A stretch of DNA of 64,000 bases, taken from the NCBI GenBank assembly GCA_009726135.1, contig WLIQ01000002.1:2239-66238 (forward strand), given 5' to 3'. This DNA is from Actinomycetota bacterium (GTDB lineage Bacteria > Actinomycetota > Actinomycetes > Nanopelagicales > Nanopelagicaceae). The notes below the pieces were generated by a model. It was not told the origin of the DNA. It saw only the letters and a program-made list of their open reading frames with translations, and made no database searches. Shown piece after piece: positions 48,987 to 59,638 of the stretch. The number at the start of each line of letters is the position of its first letter. Positions within the stretch are counted from its first letter, which is position 1. The translations under genes and the position numbers were made by a program.

Positions 48987-50272
48987 TAGCTACCGTGCTC
49001 CCAAGAGTTCAAGTACATATCTTGTGCTGGTGTAAGAACATCAATTAATCCACCCATGCTCTTCAACTTTAAGCTAGCAACTTCCTTATCAATGTAAGTA
49101 GGAACGTTGTGAACTCCAGCCTTCAAGTTCTTAGCTTCCTTTACAAGGTATTCAGCAGTCAGAGCTTGATCAGAGAAAGACATATCCATTACAGATGCTG
49201 GGTGACCTTCGGCAGCGCCAAGATTAACTAAGCGGCCCTCGGCAAGAAGGAGTAGGCGACGACCATCAGCCATGACATATTCATCAGTCTGGTGACGCAT
49301 CTTTGCATTCTTCTTAACTGCATGTTGTTCTAACCATGCAACATCGATTTCAATATCAAAGTGACCCGAGTTTGCCATAATCGCGCCATCCTTCATGACC
49401 GCAAAGTGCTCATCGCGCAATACATCGCGGTTACCTGTGACAGTAATAAAAACATCACCAACTTTGGCAGCATCTGCCATAGGCATAACACGGAAGCCTT
49501 GCATCATGGCATCAAGTGCTTTGGTTGGATCGATTTCGGTAATGATTACATCAGCGCCCATTCCCTTAGCACGCTCTGCAACTCCCTTACCGCAGTAGCC
49601 AAAACCAGCTACGACAAGGATGCGTCCTGCCAACAAGAAGTTCGTTGAACGAAATACTGCATCAAGAGTTGATTGACCAGTTCCGTAACGGTTATCAAAC
49701 ATGTGCTTTGTATCAGTGTCATTGACAGCAATCATTGGGAACTGAAGCGCTCCATCTTTTGCCATCTGATTAAGACGAATAACACCTGTGGTTGTTTCTT
49801 CGCAACCGCCTGCAATATTTGGAATTAACTCTTTGCGAGTTGTGTGAAGAGTATTTACAAGATCGCAACCATCATCAAAAACTTGGTGTGGTTCGATATC
49901 AAGGGAAGCGTTGATGTGCTTGTAATAACCATCGCGATCAACTGCATTTCGTGCAAAAACAGAGATTCCGTATTCATGAACAAGGGCTGCAGCTGTGTCA
50001 TCCTGAGTTGAAAGCGGATTTGATGCGCACAGAGCAATTTCCGCGCCACCAGCTTTTAGAACGCGCATTAAGTTAGCGGTCTCGGTGGTTACGTGCATAC
50101 ATGCAGAGATTCGCACACCAGCAAATGGTTGAGATTTTTCGAAGCGCTCTCGGATTTGAGCAAGTACCGGCATGTTGCGCTCGGCCCACTCGATACGCAT
50201 GCGCCCTTGTGCTGCAAGGGATGCATCTGCAATGTCGTGTTTTGGAAGAGTAGAGGTAAGAGGTACGTTCAC
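48986..50272 (-). CDS. ahcY: Adenosylhomocysteinase
   Basis: [34 protein letters not shown]. Confidence 0.95.
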   Translation of the reverse strand: MNVPLTSTLPKHDIADASLAAQGRMRIEWAERNMPVLAQIRERFEKSQPFAGVRISACMHVTTETANLMRVLKAGGAEIALCASNPLSTQDDTAAALVHEYGISVFARNAVDRDGYYKHINASLDIEPHQVFDDGCDLVNTLHTTRKELIPNIAGGCEETTTGVIRLNQMAKDGALQFPMIAVNDTDTKHMFDNRYGTGQSTLDAVFRSTNFLLAGRILVVAGFGYCGKGVAERAKGMGADVIITEIDPTKALDAMMQGFRVMPMADAAKVGDVFITVTGNRDVLRDEHFAVMKDGAIMANSGHFDIEIDVAWLEQHAVKKNAKMRHQTDEYVMADGRRLLLLAEGRLVNLGAAEGHPASVMDMSFSDQALTAEYLVKEAKNLKAGVHNVPTYIDKEVASLKLKSMGGLIDVLTPAQDMYLNSWEHGS

Positions 50273-50350
50273 GAAAAGCTCCTTTATCGACTGCGGTCAG
50301 GAGCATAGGTTACTGCCCCCGCGCCTAAAGCGAGTAATGAAGACGCGTGC

Positions 50351-51712
50351 TTAGGGGCGAATTAAGGCAAGTACCTCATCGCGTAGCTTCTCCATACGTG
50401 CAGTCGTCTTGGCCTCAACATTGAGTCGAAGCAAGGGCTCTGTATTAGATGGGCGAAGGTTAAACCACCATGTATCACCATTGACAGTCAGTCCATCAAG
50501 ATGATCGACAGTGACACCAATTTGTTCGAAATACACCTGCTCAACCATTGCCATCGATGTTGGAGCATCGGATACTTTTGAATTAATTTCCCCGCTAAGG
50601 ACATAGCGTTGAAATGGTTTTAAGATTGCAGACATAGATTTTTTTGATTCACCAAGAGCTGCGATGGCATGAAGGGCTGCTAGTGCACCTGAATCTGCTC
50701 GCCAAAAATCATCAAAGTAAAAGTGGCCTGAGTGTTCCCCGCCGAAAATTGCTTTGCTATCAGCCATCATTTTCTTGATATAGGAATGTCCAACACGGCT
50801 GCGAAGACCCACCCCACCATTTTCTTCAATAACTTCGAGCACTGCTCGCGATGAAATTAAATTGTAAATAATTGTGGATCCTGGATGCTTGAGCAATTGG
50901 CGCTCTGCAATCAGGGACGTTAAATCCGATGGGTTAATCGCATTAGCTTTTTCATCAACGATGAAACATCGATCCGCATCCCCATCAAATGCCAGGCCCA
51001 AATCAGCCTTGTGCTTTAAGACCGCCTTTTGTAAATCTCGTAAATTCTTTTCCTCGATAGGATTAGCTTCATGATTTGGAAATGTGCCATCTAATTCAAA
51101 ATACATCGGAATCATTTCACAGTTGAGCCGAGAAAAAATCGCTGGAGCTGTGTGGCCAGCCATTCCATTTCCTGCATCAATAACTATTTTCAGTGGGCGA
51201 ATATTGTCAAGATTGACCAAGTTTAATAAGTGATCCACATATTCTTCGAGCATATTACGCTCTGTTTCTACTCCAACAGAACGAATCTCAAGTGGAGAAC
51301 CTTGGCGAACAAAACTTTCAATAGCTAGCAGCCCTGATTCTTTTCCAACTGGGCGCGCACCGCTGAGGCATAATTTGATTCCGTTGTATTCAGCTGGGTT
51401 ATGGCTAGCCGTGAACATTGCACCTGGCAATCCCAATTTACCTGATGCAAAATACAACATATCGGTTGATGCCAATCCAATTCGGATTACATCCATTCCA
51501 AGAGATGTAGCACCGGCTGAAAATGCATCCGCAAGTCCGGGTGATGATGCTCGCATATCTTCACCGATAACAATGGTTGCCGGTTCGCGCTCTTGTTGAA
51601 GAAATCGAGCGAAAGCCAGACCGGTTGCAAAAGTAAAATCAGGGGTAATTTGTGAATCAACTAGGCCGCGAATGTCATAAGCCTTAAAAATGTCTGCAAT
51701 CTCTTGGGCCAT
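50351..51712 (-). CDS. manB: Phosphomannomutase/phosphoglucomutase
   Basis: FKAYDIRG, TASHNP, FDGDADR, GEHSGH. Confidence 0.92.
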   Translation of the reverse strand: MAQEIADIFKAYDIRGLVDSQITPDFTFATGLAFARFLQQEREPATIVIGEDMRASSPGLADAFSAGATSLGMDVIRIGLASTDMLYFASGKLGLPGAMFTASHNPAEYNGIKLCLSGARPVGKESGLLAIESFVRQGSPLEIRSVGVETERNMLEEYVDHLLNLVNLDNIRPLKIVIDAGNGMAGHTAPAIFSRLNCEMIPMYFELDGTFPNHEANPIEEKNLRDLQKAVLKHKADLGLAFDGDADRCFIVDEKANAINPSDLTSLIAERQLLKHPGSTIIYNLISSRAVLEVIEENGGVGLRSRVGHSYIKKMMADSKAIFGGEHSGHFYFDDFWRADSGALAALHAIAALGESKKSMSAILKPFQRYVLSGEINSKVSDAPTSMAMVEQVYFEQIGVTVDHLDGLTVNGDTWWFNLRPSNTEPLLRLNVEAKTTARMEKLRDEVLALIRP

Positions 51713-51722
51713 CAAGTAGTTC

Positions 51723-52094
51723 CTAAGACGGTACGGCTCGTAAATGACCCCGGCGTCCAATAGGAGTTTGAGCTTTGTCTTCACTTAGCGTTTGCACATT
51801 TTCATCACTGCGCCTTGCCACTTCTCGTACTGCATCGGCGATCGCCATTAAATCATCGTCAGATGGGCCGGGTTCATTACCTGTTAACTCTTGTTTAATT
51901 ACATTCCAACCATGTGGAACCTTTAGACGTTCTCCATGAATTGCACATAAATCATAAGCATGTGGTTCTGAGAAAGTTGCTAACGGACCGACTACGGCAG
52001 TTGATTCTGCGTAGATATAAGTCAATGTCATCGTTGCGATAGAGCGACAACCCACACGAGAGCAACCTCGTCCAACATGGGCATGTGACTTCAT
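51723..52094 (-). CDS. DUF3499 protein
   Basis: CSRVGC..TLTY..GPLA..EPHAYDLC..H..VPHGW. Confidence 0.85.
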   Translation of the reverse strand: MKSHAHVGRGCSRVGCRSIATMTLTYIYAESTAVVGPLATFSEPHAYDLCAIHGERLKVPHGWNVIKQELTGNEPGPSDDDLMAIADAVREVARRSDENVQTLSEDKAQTPIGRRGHLRAVPS

Positions 52095-52126
52095 GACAAG
52101 AACATTAGTGGGCTCAGTGCAGTTTT

Positions 52127-53437
52127 TTAGGGATTTAGTACACGAATGTTTGAATTTGGAACTTCCACTCTTGTGAGCGTACTGCCGTTTTTGATTGGAA
52201 AGAATCCATAACCATTACTTGAGGCTACGAGTGCACCGGCAAAAACCTTGTTGCTTGTCGAAACGATAGTCATTGAGCGAGCATTAGCTGGAGCACGCCA
52301 GGTAGCGATGTCGGTTCCCTTAACGAGAGTGCGAACTGTTTTGCCATTAATTAGCTTGGCCTCAACTATCACCGCAATTGACTCTCCCGTAAAGGTAACA
52401 AGAGGTGAAAGACCAGTAATGGCGATTGTCATGGGAACAAGCTCTGGAGTTGCCGTACTCCAAACAAAGTCCTTACGGCCATTAATTGTTACCGAAGATA
52501 AAATTGAAGCAACAATGGGATCATCTGAGGTAATTCGAACAGCAAATGCACTTGCAGAAATATCCGGAGCTAATGAAAATTCGGTAACTATTCCTGCATT
52601 AATTGCCCGTGAACTCAACCCAACTGGTGTGAATCGACCATCAGCTGATAGAACTTCCACAGTGAAGTTTGTATCGACTTCACCTGGAGAAAGAATTCTT
52701 AGCGTATGGGTAGAGGCGGTCTTTTGGCCCTTTTTGGGAAGCTGATTAGGAATTGCAGGAATCACAATGCTCTTTGACGCACTTGGAATTGAATTCACAA
52801 AATCGCCACCTAGCGCTCTCAAGCCCGCGCCTTGCTCATCAATTACAAATGAATTTACTCGCCCAGAGCGCGGAACTACCTGAATCGTTAGTGATTTATC
52901 TCCCGGAGCAAGAGAATCGAGAGATAGTTGCATAAAACTCTTTGACTTTAAATTTACGGACTTAATTGGTTGCTTACCGTTTTCTGAATAACTTTGAATA
53001 TCAACAAGGGCATCACTTAAGCCGCTATTAGTGAGCACTAATCGACCGCGAGTTGTCACATTCGCAGTCCCACCTACAAACCACTGTGATGCTTCTGGGC
53101 CTGAACAAATTGTCCCTCCAGCCCAACTTCCAGAACGGCTTTGCCAGATAACGGGTGTAACTCCTTGCGCAGAAATTACTAATGAATTTTTACTAACCGG
53201 AAAGCGCAATATTCTAAATGGCAAAGTTTTACTGCTTCTATTTTCAAGCCGTTGATATTGCGTTTTTCCTGAAGAGATTGAGATTTGCGAGTTCAAGCCA
53301 TTTAATGTCGGCGGACAAACTACCGCTGGATAGGATTGCGAATATGTACTTGATTGATCGGCAACATTTAAACCTGACGCTAAAAGAAAACATGCGATTA
53401 ATACGGTTAGGAAAAAAACTGGCTGCCTATACTTCAC
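52127..53437 (-). CDS. DUF5719-like secreted/membrane-anchored protein
   Basis: N-terminal TM, C..P..QWFVGG; conserved position after the GT2 gene. Confidence 0.7.
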   Translation of the reverse strand: MKYRQPVFFLTVLIACFLLASGLNVADQSSTYSQSYPAVVCPPTLNGLNSQISISSGKTQYQRLENRSSKTLPFRILRFPVSKNSLVISAQGVTPVIWQSRSGSWAGGTICSGPEASQWFVGGTANVTTRGRLVLTNSGLSDALVDIQSYSENGKQPIKSVNLKSKSFMQLSLDSLAPGDKSLTIQVVPRSGRVNSFVIDEQGAGLRALGGDFVNSIPSASKSIVIPAIPNQLPKKGQKTASTHTLRILSPGEVDTNFTVEVLSADGRFTPVGLSSRAINAGIVTEFSLAPDISASAFAVRITSDDPIVASILSSVTINGRKDFVWSTATPELVPMTIAITGLSPLVTFTGESIAVIVEAKLINGKTVRTLVKGTDIATWRAPANARSMTIVSTSNKVFAGALVASSNGYGFFPIKNGSTLTRVEVPNSNIRVLNP

Positions 53438-56400
53438 GCCAACTCCTTATCTGAGATTTCGCGCTTTCTACGCCCTGCCGGAAGTGCCAAGACCACCACA
53501 ACTATCCAGGCAATGAGCTCAAGTGAGAGCCAGGCGCGTCTGATGGTTCCATCATGAAGCAGTGAAATTTCCCCAGGCTCTAGAACCTGAAAACGCGGAA
53601 GCCCCTGTTCATCTCTATCACGTTCCAAGCGATATCCATTTTCTAGTACCTGCCATGAGCGATCATATGTTTCAGTAAGTGTGACTGTTCCAGGACCATT
53701 GACATTAGTTCGGGTACCAATTTCACCAGTTTCTAGTAGAGAGCGCGTGCCGTTTTTGTCAGTAAAAATAATTCGTCCAGTCACACCTGAAACTCTCCAT
53801 ACGACTCCAGCAGATGTGGCAGATGAACGCGAAAAACCTCCAAGACCGTCAATAGTTCTAATAACGTTGCGATCAAAAGGGTTTTTAACAAAGACATACT
53901 TAATCCCATAATTAGAGAAAACTTGACTGCTGCGAATACCAGTACCGTTAATGAGTCGTTGTGCTGCAATCTCTATTTCACGCACTTGCCCAGGTGCAAC
54001 ATCAGGTTGGCCTAACGTAATATCTGAGCCTCTCGAAATGTAATATTGAATCGTTTTTTCACTTGTAATTCCAACTTCACGTAATACTAAAGTTTTAGTA
54101 TCTGCCTCAGCCGTTAAAAAAGCTGGCATTACTGCATTCAAATTACTTTGAACAGGTGAATTTGCTCCCCCTGAAATCGACCAGCCCATGCTTGTTACTG
54201 CATACACTGAAGTAATGCAGAGCAGGAACCCTGCCAAAATATGGCGGAAATTAATATTGCTGGCGATTAGTACCTCTCGTAACTGATCAAGAATTACTAC
54301 ACCAGCTGCAACCGCTGCCAATGTTGCTCCAACTAAAAAAGTTCCAACCCATACTCTCGTATTGGCACCACTGCCATGCACGCTAATGGAGATTGCCGAA
54401 AATAAAGTTGCAGCTGAGAGAAAACCCGCTCCAATTTGAGCAATAGATTTAGCAACTGAAGAAGAGAAAAGCGCAACAACGAGAATCAGTAAAATTGGAC
54501 TAAGTACCCAGACTGGAAGAGCGCCCTGTCCGCCAGGATTACCAAAGACCACCAATTCAGGGGCACCACCTGAAAGTATCAATCCCGGTTCTGCAAGAAA
54601 ACGCGCAGGACGAGCCAAAGCTTCTATTGAAAATGGTGCGACCAATATGAATGGAAACAACAGAAGTGTCAGTCGTTTATAGAAACGGCTTAAAAATAAG
54701 GTCTTACCGAGTTTTTGGTCATAATCACTCAAGATCGCATAGCCAATTATACCTAGGCTGAGCAAGGAGGTAATCAAAGTAAATGAACTAAGAAGTGCAA
54801 GCAAAATTGTTAAAACATAAATTCGACGCCAACTATTTTTTTCTATGGCCTTCCAATGCGTTAAAACTATCGGGATCTGAGGCGCAATAATTAAAGCTGC
54901 CAAAGTTGCCAGTCGACCTGAATTTATAGATGCCAGAGCGACTGGTGAGATTGCATAAAGAAAACTCGCTGAAATGGTTATAAAAGAATTCTTCGATAAC
55001 CTGCGTAAATAAGATTGGGCTGACCACATAATAAATAGTGGTGCCATAAGAAAGAATATGGTTATAAGAAAAGGTACTTTTCCAAGAACAATAATCGAGA
55101 AAAGGGCTAGGACTGCAATCCATGGCGGTGAAGCATGTGAACTACCCATTCCCACTTGGTGCCAAGATTCAAAGTAAGTTCGCCAAAGATCTCGTGCGCC
55201 AGCAGGAGAAGCTGGAAGTGCTCCTCCGACTAGTGCGCCTAAGCGATTTCTTGATGCAATCAGAGTTACTAATCCCAGTAATAGGTAACCGAAAATCTCT
55301 GGATTTTTTAATATGTTGCGCCACTGATATCTCTTTGTAGGAACTAGTAAATCTTCTTCATCAAGAGCATTCAAAACTGAAATGGATGTGCTTTCTGCAA
55401 CAGGAATAACTCTTGCTCTAATAGCTTCAGCTACGCTAGATGTTGATAATCGTAATAGTGACCAACGTGGCGGAATATATGGAGAGATTACGCGGGCGGA
55501 AACTAAGCGCTTGGATTTTCTAAATTTACGAGCCTGAAAAATTTCAGTCGGCCTAATGATCAAGGTCGCAACAGCCAATAATTCATCTGAGGCGTACCCA
55601 GGGAGCTTTGCTATGAGATAACCAAGGGAACGAACCATCGCAGATCCCAATAGTTGAAGACAAAGCCAAGGAATCATCCACCACGATGAATTTGCGAGCA
55701 ACACATAAGCTGCATTGCGACGATCAAGTAATAGCGGGCGATGTAGAAATGCTCCAGCAACATCTACGCTGCGACGCTCAGAAGCTGAGGCTTGTGCGTG
55801 ATAGGCAACTGCTTCAGTGTTTGCAATGACTGCATAGCCAGAAACACGTGCACGCCAACCAAAATCAATGTCATCTCGGAAAAGGGAGAGGTTTGAATCA
55901 AAGCCACCAATTTCTTCAAAGACATCTCGCCGAATTAAGGCACCGGCAGTGCTGACAGATAAGACATCATGAATTCCATCGTGTTGTCCCTGATCGTATT
56001 CATATGTTTCTAAGCCAGTCCACCTCGCACCATTACCAGCAATACTTATTCCTGCTTCAAGTAAATGCGTATGGTCGTGCCATCCAAGAAGCTTTGGACC
56101 AACCATTGCTACTTGTGGACGATCTTCTACTGCCTCAAGTAGTTTTTCTAAAGCAGTAGATGCAGGTGCACTGTCATCATGAATTAACCAAAGCCATTCG
56201 CTGCTACCTTCAATGTGTGCAGGTAATGTATCAACTGCGAGCGCAACAGCATCGCCGAATCCGCAATCGCGTTGTGCTGAAATAATTGGGATTCGCGCAG
56301 ATTTAAGCAGTCTTGTTGAGGAATCTTTTGAGTCGGTATCAACTGCAATTATTTGATCAATAGAGCGCGTTTGTGAAGTAAGAGCCGCTACTACTGCTGG

Positions 56401-56466
56401 CAGCCATGTTTCACCGTCATGAGTTACAACAATTGCGGTGACTGAATGTCTATCTATTATTGCCAC
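53434..56466 (-). CDS. Large GT2 glycosyltransferase with multi-TM region
   Basis: TAIVVTHDG, WLIHDDS, GGFD..DDIDFGWR. Confidence 0.88.
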   Translation of the reverse strand: MAIIDRHSVTAIVVTHDGETWLPAVVAALTSQTRSIDQIIAVDTDSKDSSTRLLKSARIPIISAQRDCGFGDAVALAVDTLPAHIEGSSEWLWLIHDDSAPASTALEKLLEAVEDRPQVAMVGPKLLGWHDHTHLLEAGISIAGNGARWTGLETYEYDQGQHDGIHDVLSVSTAGALIRRDVFEEIGGFDSNLSLFRDDIDFGWRARVSGYAVIANTEAVAYHAQASASERRSVDVAGAFLHRPLLLDRRNAAYVLLANSSWWMIPWLCLQLLGSAMVRSLGYLIAKLPGYASDELLAVATLIIRPTEIFQARKFRKSKRLVSARVISPYIPPRWSLLRLSTSSVAEAIRARVIPVAESTSISVLNALDEEDLLVPTKRYQWRNILKNPEIFGYLLLGLVTLIASRNRLGALVGGALPASPAGARDLWRTYFESWHQVGMGSSHASPPWIAVLALFSIIVLGKVPFLITIFFLMAPLFIMWSAQSYLRRLSKNSFITISASFLYAISPVALASINSGRLATLAALIIAPQIPIVLTHWKAIEKNSWRRIYVLTILLALLSSFTLITSLLSLGIIGYAILSDYDQKLGKTLFLSRFYKRLTLLLFPFILVAPFSIEALARPARFLAEPGLILSGGAPELVVFGNPGGQGALPVWVLSPILLILVVALFSSSVAKSIAQIGAGFLSAATLFSAISISVHGSGANTRVWVGTFLVGATLAAVAAGVVILDQLREVLIASNINFRHILAGFLLCITSVYAVTSMGWSISGGANSPVQSNLNAVMPAFLTAEADTKTLVLREVGITSEKTIQYYISRGSDITLGQPDVAPGQVREIEIAAQRLINGTGIRSSQVFSNYGIKYVFVKNPFDRNVIRTIDGLGGFSRSSATSAGVVWRVSGVTGRIIFTDKNGTRSLLETGEIGTRTNVNGPGTVTLTETYDRSWQVLENGYRLERDRDEQGLPRFQVLEPGEISLLHDGTIRRAWLSLELIAWIVVVVLALPAGRRKREISDKELA

Positions 56467-56505
56467 AACAAAACCACCATCTCCTAAAGAGTTGGGATTA
56501 AAAAA

Positions 56506-56805
56506 TTACGCAGAACGGCGCTTTAAGCGACGACGTTCGCGCTCTGATAATCCGCCCCAAATTCCAAAACGTTCGTCATGTGCAAGTGCATATTCCAAGC
56601 ACTCTGAACGAACATCGCAAGAAAGACAGACTCGTTTTGCTTCGCGAGTTGATCCGCCTTTTTCAGGGAAGAAAGCTTCTGGATCTGTTTGAGCGCACAG
56701 TGCGCGTTCCTGCCAAGAGAGTTCAATACTCTCGCCAGTTTCGAGTGTGATCTTTGGGCCAGTCGTGGGGGTTGGGGAGTTCGTGGCTTCAGGTTTAATC
56801 GGCAT
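56506..56805 (-). CDS. whiB2: WhiB2/WhmD (WhiB) transcriptional regulator
   Basis: WQERALCAQTDPEAFFPEKGGSTREAK, GIWGGLSERERR. Confidence 0.93.
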   Translation of the reverse strand: MPIKPEATNSPTPTTGPKITLETGESIELSWQERALCAQTDPEAFFPEKGGSTREAKRVCLSCDVRSECLEYALAHDERFGIWGGLSERERRRLKRRSA

Positions 56806-56868
56806 AGTCGATTCTCCTTGAATACATCAGGTCTGATCCCTCGTGGAAAAGACTTACTTAGGAGTGAA

Positions 56869-56896
56869 TTACACGCGTGTAAGTCGAATAAGTCAA
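56869..56896 (-). promoter_or_regulatory. whiB2 promoter with overlapping perfect palindrome
   Basis: TTGACT-17nt-TGTAAT on the minus strand; TTACACGCGTGTAA at 56869-56882. Confidence 0.65.
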
Positions 56897-56935
56897 GCGC
56901 GGGTACCCCCACTTCATCGCAGATTCACGCTCAAT

Positions 56936-57943
56936 TTACTGCGGGATTGGAAAAATTTTGAGATTTGTCACAAAAGAAGTAGATATTTGCGCCGAATCTA
57001 GAATTTGTGCCCCTGCTGCTACAAAAGAGTTGGTTACTACGGCAGCTTTCCCAATTTTAGCTCCGGCCTCAACGATTGAGCCGGTTATGTGTGCCCCTTG
57101 GCCAATTACTGCACCGATGCCAATAGAACTGCCGCCATCAATCACGGCAGTTGCATCAACAGTGGCACCTTTCATAATGAGAGATTGTGGTGAATGACTT
57201 TGAATCATCTGCGGCGTTAATGCCAATGCCTTTGCAGCTCCGGAAACTAAATCAACTGAGCCCTTTAATAAAGCTGTGGGTGTTCCAATATCTAGCCAAT
57301 AGGAATCATCAATAAAACCAAAAACTCTTCCATGCTTTTCGACTAACTCTGGAAATATTTGGCGCTCAACACTGATAACAGTGTCTTCTGGAATTGCTGT
57401 CACAACGGATGCTTTAAAAACATAGCAACCTGCATTAATCGTATTCGTTACTGGATTATCCATTTTTTCTAGAAAAGCCGTAACTCGGCCAGCGGAATCG
57501 GTTGGTACACAACCATAGGCTCGTGCATCGTCAACTGTAGTTAGGTGCAATGTGACATCTGCATTATTTGCTTCATGATCTTGTATTTGTTGTGACAAAT
57601 TATGAGAACTCAAGACGTCCCCATTAAAAACAACAATAGATTCATCTCCAGTTAAAAGCTTAGTAGCATTTCGAATAGCGCCACCTGTGCCTAACGGTTC
57701 CTTTTCTACGGCGTAAAGCAGATTCATACCCCACTTAGACCCATCGCCAAAATATGGGATAAAAACTTCTGATAAATATGAAGTGGCAAGGACAACCGTT
57801 GTTATTCCAGCTTTTTTTGCCATGGCTAATTGATGTTCTGTTACAGGTAAACCCGCCACTGTCAGCATCGGTTTTGGAGTATTTTTTGTAAGCGGCATCA
57901 GGCGCGTACCAAATCCACCAACAAGAAGAATTCCAACTGCCAT
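56936..57943 (-). CDS. manC: Mannose-1-phosphate guanylyltransferase (NDP-sugar synthase)
   Basis: LVGGFGTRLMPLT..PKPML, LGTGGAI, WLDIGTP, hexapeptide tail. Confidence 0.85.
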   Translation of the reverse strand: MAVGILLVGGFGTRLMPLTKNTPKPMLTVAGLPVTEHQLAMAKKAGITTVVLATSYLSEVFIPYFGDGSKWGMNLLYAVEKEPLGTGGAIRNATKLLTGDESIVVFNGDVLSSHNLSQQIQDHEANNADVTLHLTTVDDARAYGCVPTDSAGRVTAFLEKMDNPVTNTINAGCYVFKASVVTAIPEDTVISVERQIFPELVEKHGRVFGFIDDSYWLDIGTPTALLKGSVDLVSGAAKALALTPQMIQSHSPQSLIMKGATVDATAVIDGGSSIGIGAVIGQGAHITGSIVEAGAKIGKAAVVTNSFVAAGAQILDSAQISTSFVTNLKIFPIPQ

Positions 57944-57946
57944 GAG

Positions 57947-59011
57947 CTATGCCTTTAAACGGGTAACTGCTTGATCGATCGCAGCATCCGTGGCAGTCAA
58001 AGCGATACGGATGTGGTTTTTACCTTTGTCACCATAGAAGCTGCCAGGGGTTGCCAGGATTCCGCGCTGGGCTAACCAATCAACGCTTATCCATGCATCT
58101 TCATCACGAGTACACCAGATATAGAGTCCTGCGTTGCTAAATTCAATTCGAAATCCGCACGCCTCAAGTGCAGGACGCAAAGTTTCACGTCGTGTGTTGT
58201 ATCGCCCTCGTTGCTCGGCAACATGTGAATCATCTTTAAGCGCAACGGTCATTGCTTTCTGTACAGGCAATGAAACCATCATGCCTGCATGCTTTCGAAG
58301 TTCACGAATCTTTGCGATTAATGAAGAATCGCCAACCATAAATGCTGCCCGATATCCAGCCATCGATGAACGCTTTGATAGAGAATGCACTGCCAAGATA
58401 TTTGTGTTATCTCCTGCAGTTAACGCCATGACGGATGTTGAGACAGCCGTGTGATCAAACTCGAAGTAGCACTCATCTGAAATTAAAACTGAGTTATTTG
58501 CCCGTGACCATGAAATACAGTCCTTTATTTCTTCAACACTATGAACCCGCCCAGTTGGATTAGATGGTGAATTCATCCAAGCTAAATCAGCGCTCGGCCA
58601 ACTCTTAGCATCTATCTCAACGGGAACAGATTCTGCTTCTGCGATTAACGCACCTACGTGATAAGTGGGATAAGCGATTTCTGGAATCAGAATCTTCTTT
58701 GATTCTAAAATAGTTGGTAACCAAGCAACTAATTCTTTAGAGCCGATGACAGGCAAGACATCAAAATCACCTGTTGCGCCTATTCGGGATTTTGCCCACG
58801 TGATTATGGCTGAACGTAATTCAGGTGTTCCAGCAGTTAATGGATAGCTGGGCGAATTAGATGCTTCGCGTAATGCTGCTTGTATAAATTCAGGCGTTGG
58901 ATCTACAGGAGTTCCCGCTGAGAGATCAATAATCCCACCAGGGTGCGCACGGGCCTTATCTCCATAAGGGGCAAGTGCATCCCAGGGAAAATCTGGGAGT
59001 GAAGAACGCAA
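57947..59011 (-). CDS. dapC: Succinyldiaminopimelate transaminase
   Basis: LPDFPWD, GTPVDPTP, SLSKRSSMAGYR; follows fdxA. Confidence 0.9.
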   Translation of the reverse strand: MRSSLPDFPWDALAPYGDKARAHPGGIIDLSAGTPVDPTPEFIQAALREASNSPSYPLTAGTPELRSAIITWAKSRIGATGDFDVLPVIGSKELVAWLPTILESKKILIPEIAYPTYHVGALIAEAESVPVEIDAKSWPSADLAWMNSPSNPTGRVHSVEEIKDCISWSRANNSVLISDECYFEFDHTAVSTSVMALTAGDNTNILAVHSLSKRSSMAGYRAAFMVGDSSLIAKIRELRKHAGMMVSLPVQKAMTVALKDDSHVAEQRGRYNTRRETLRPALEACGFRIEFSNAGLYIWCTRDEDAWISVDWLAQRGILATPGSFYGDKGKNHIRIALTATDAAIDQAVTRLKA

Positions 59012-59017
59012 GAAGTA

Positions 59018-59338
59018 TTACTCGCTCTTAGGAGGAAGGGCTTTTACAAATTCATGGTCGGTACCAGTTGCCCCGACCTTTGCTGCTCCGCCAGGTGAAC
59101 CTATTTCTACGAAAAACTCAGTATTAACTTTTGAAAACCCTTTCCACTGTGGTGGAACATCGTCTTCATAATAAATCGCTTCTACGGGACAGACTGGCTC
59201 ACAAGCGCCGCAATCTACGCATTCATCGGCTTGGATATAGAGCATGCGATCGCCTTCATAAATGCAGTCCACAGGACACTCAGCGATGCAGGATTTATCT
59301 TTGACATCGACACATGGTTCGGCGATCACATAAGTCAC
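59018..59338 (-). CDS. fdxA: 7Fe ferredoxin
   Basis: TYVIAEPCVDVKDKSCIAECPVDC, CVDCGACEPVCP; GTG start preceded by GGAGG. Confidence 0.95.
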   Translation of the reverse strand: MTYVIAEPCVDVKDKSCIAECPVDCIYEGDRMLYIQADECVDCGACEPVCPVEAIYYEDDVPPQWKGFSKVNTEFFVEIGSPGGAAKVGATGTDHEFVKALPPKSE

Positions 59339-59437
59339 GACTTGCCTCCGTAAGAAATAAAAGTTACCAACGGCTCCGATTGTAATCGCATCGGCTCTCC
59401 TAAGGCGATATTTGATGTGAAGGTTTATCGTTGAGCC

Positions 59438-59638
59438 ATGTCCCATGCCCTAGAAGCCACATTTGCCAGCCTTATTGGCAAGCGGGTCACCGTTCGGTTA
59501 CATGATCCCGAGGGTGGTTTTCGAGACATTGTTGGATATCTAGAGTCGCCCGTCACTCTTCGAAATCGCCACGGCAAGCTCATCGAATTTTCACATGATG
59601 AGATTGCATTGTGGAAAGAAGTGATCGAAAAAAAGTGA
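59438..59638 (+). CDS. Small hypothetical protein (IGKRVTVR..FRDIVG motif)
   Basis: TATCGT -10 box 6 nt before the ATG; GTGA overlap with cysS. Confidence 0.65.
   Translation: MSHALEATFASLIGKRVTVRLHDPEGGFRDIVGYLESPVTLRNRHGKLIEFSHDEIALWKEVIEKK

Noticed and set aside
50273-50350. SAH riboswitch before ahcY
   Set aside because: Gap is 78 bp and lacks the GAGGAGCGCUGC / CAGGCUC core
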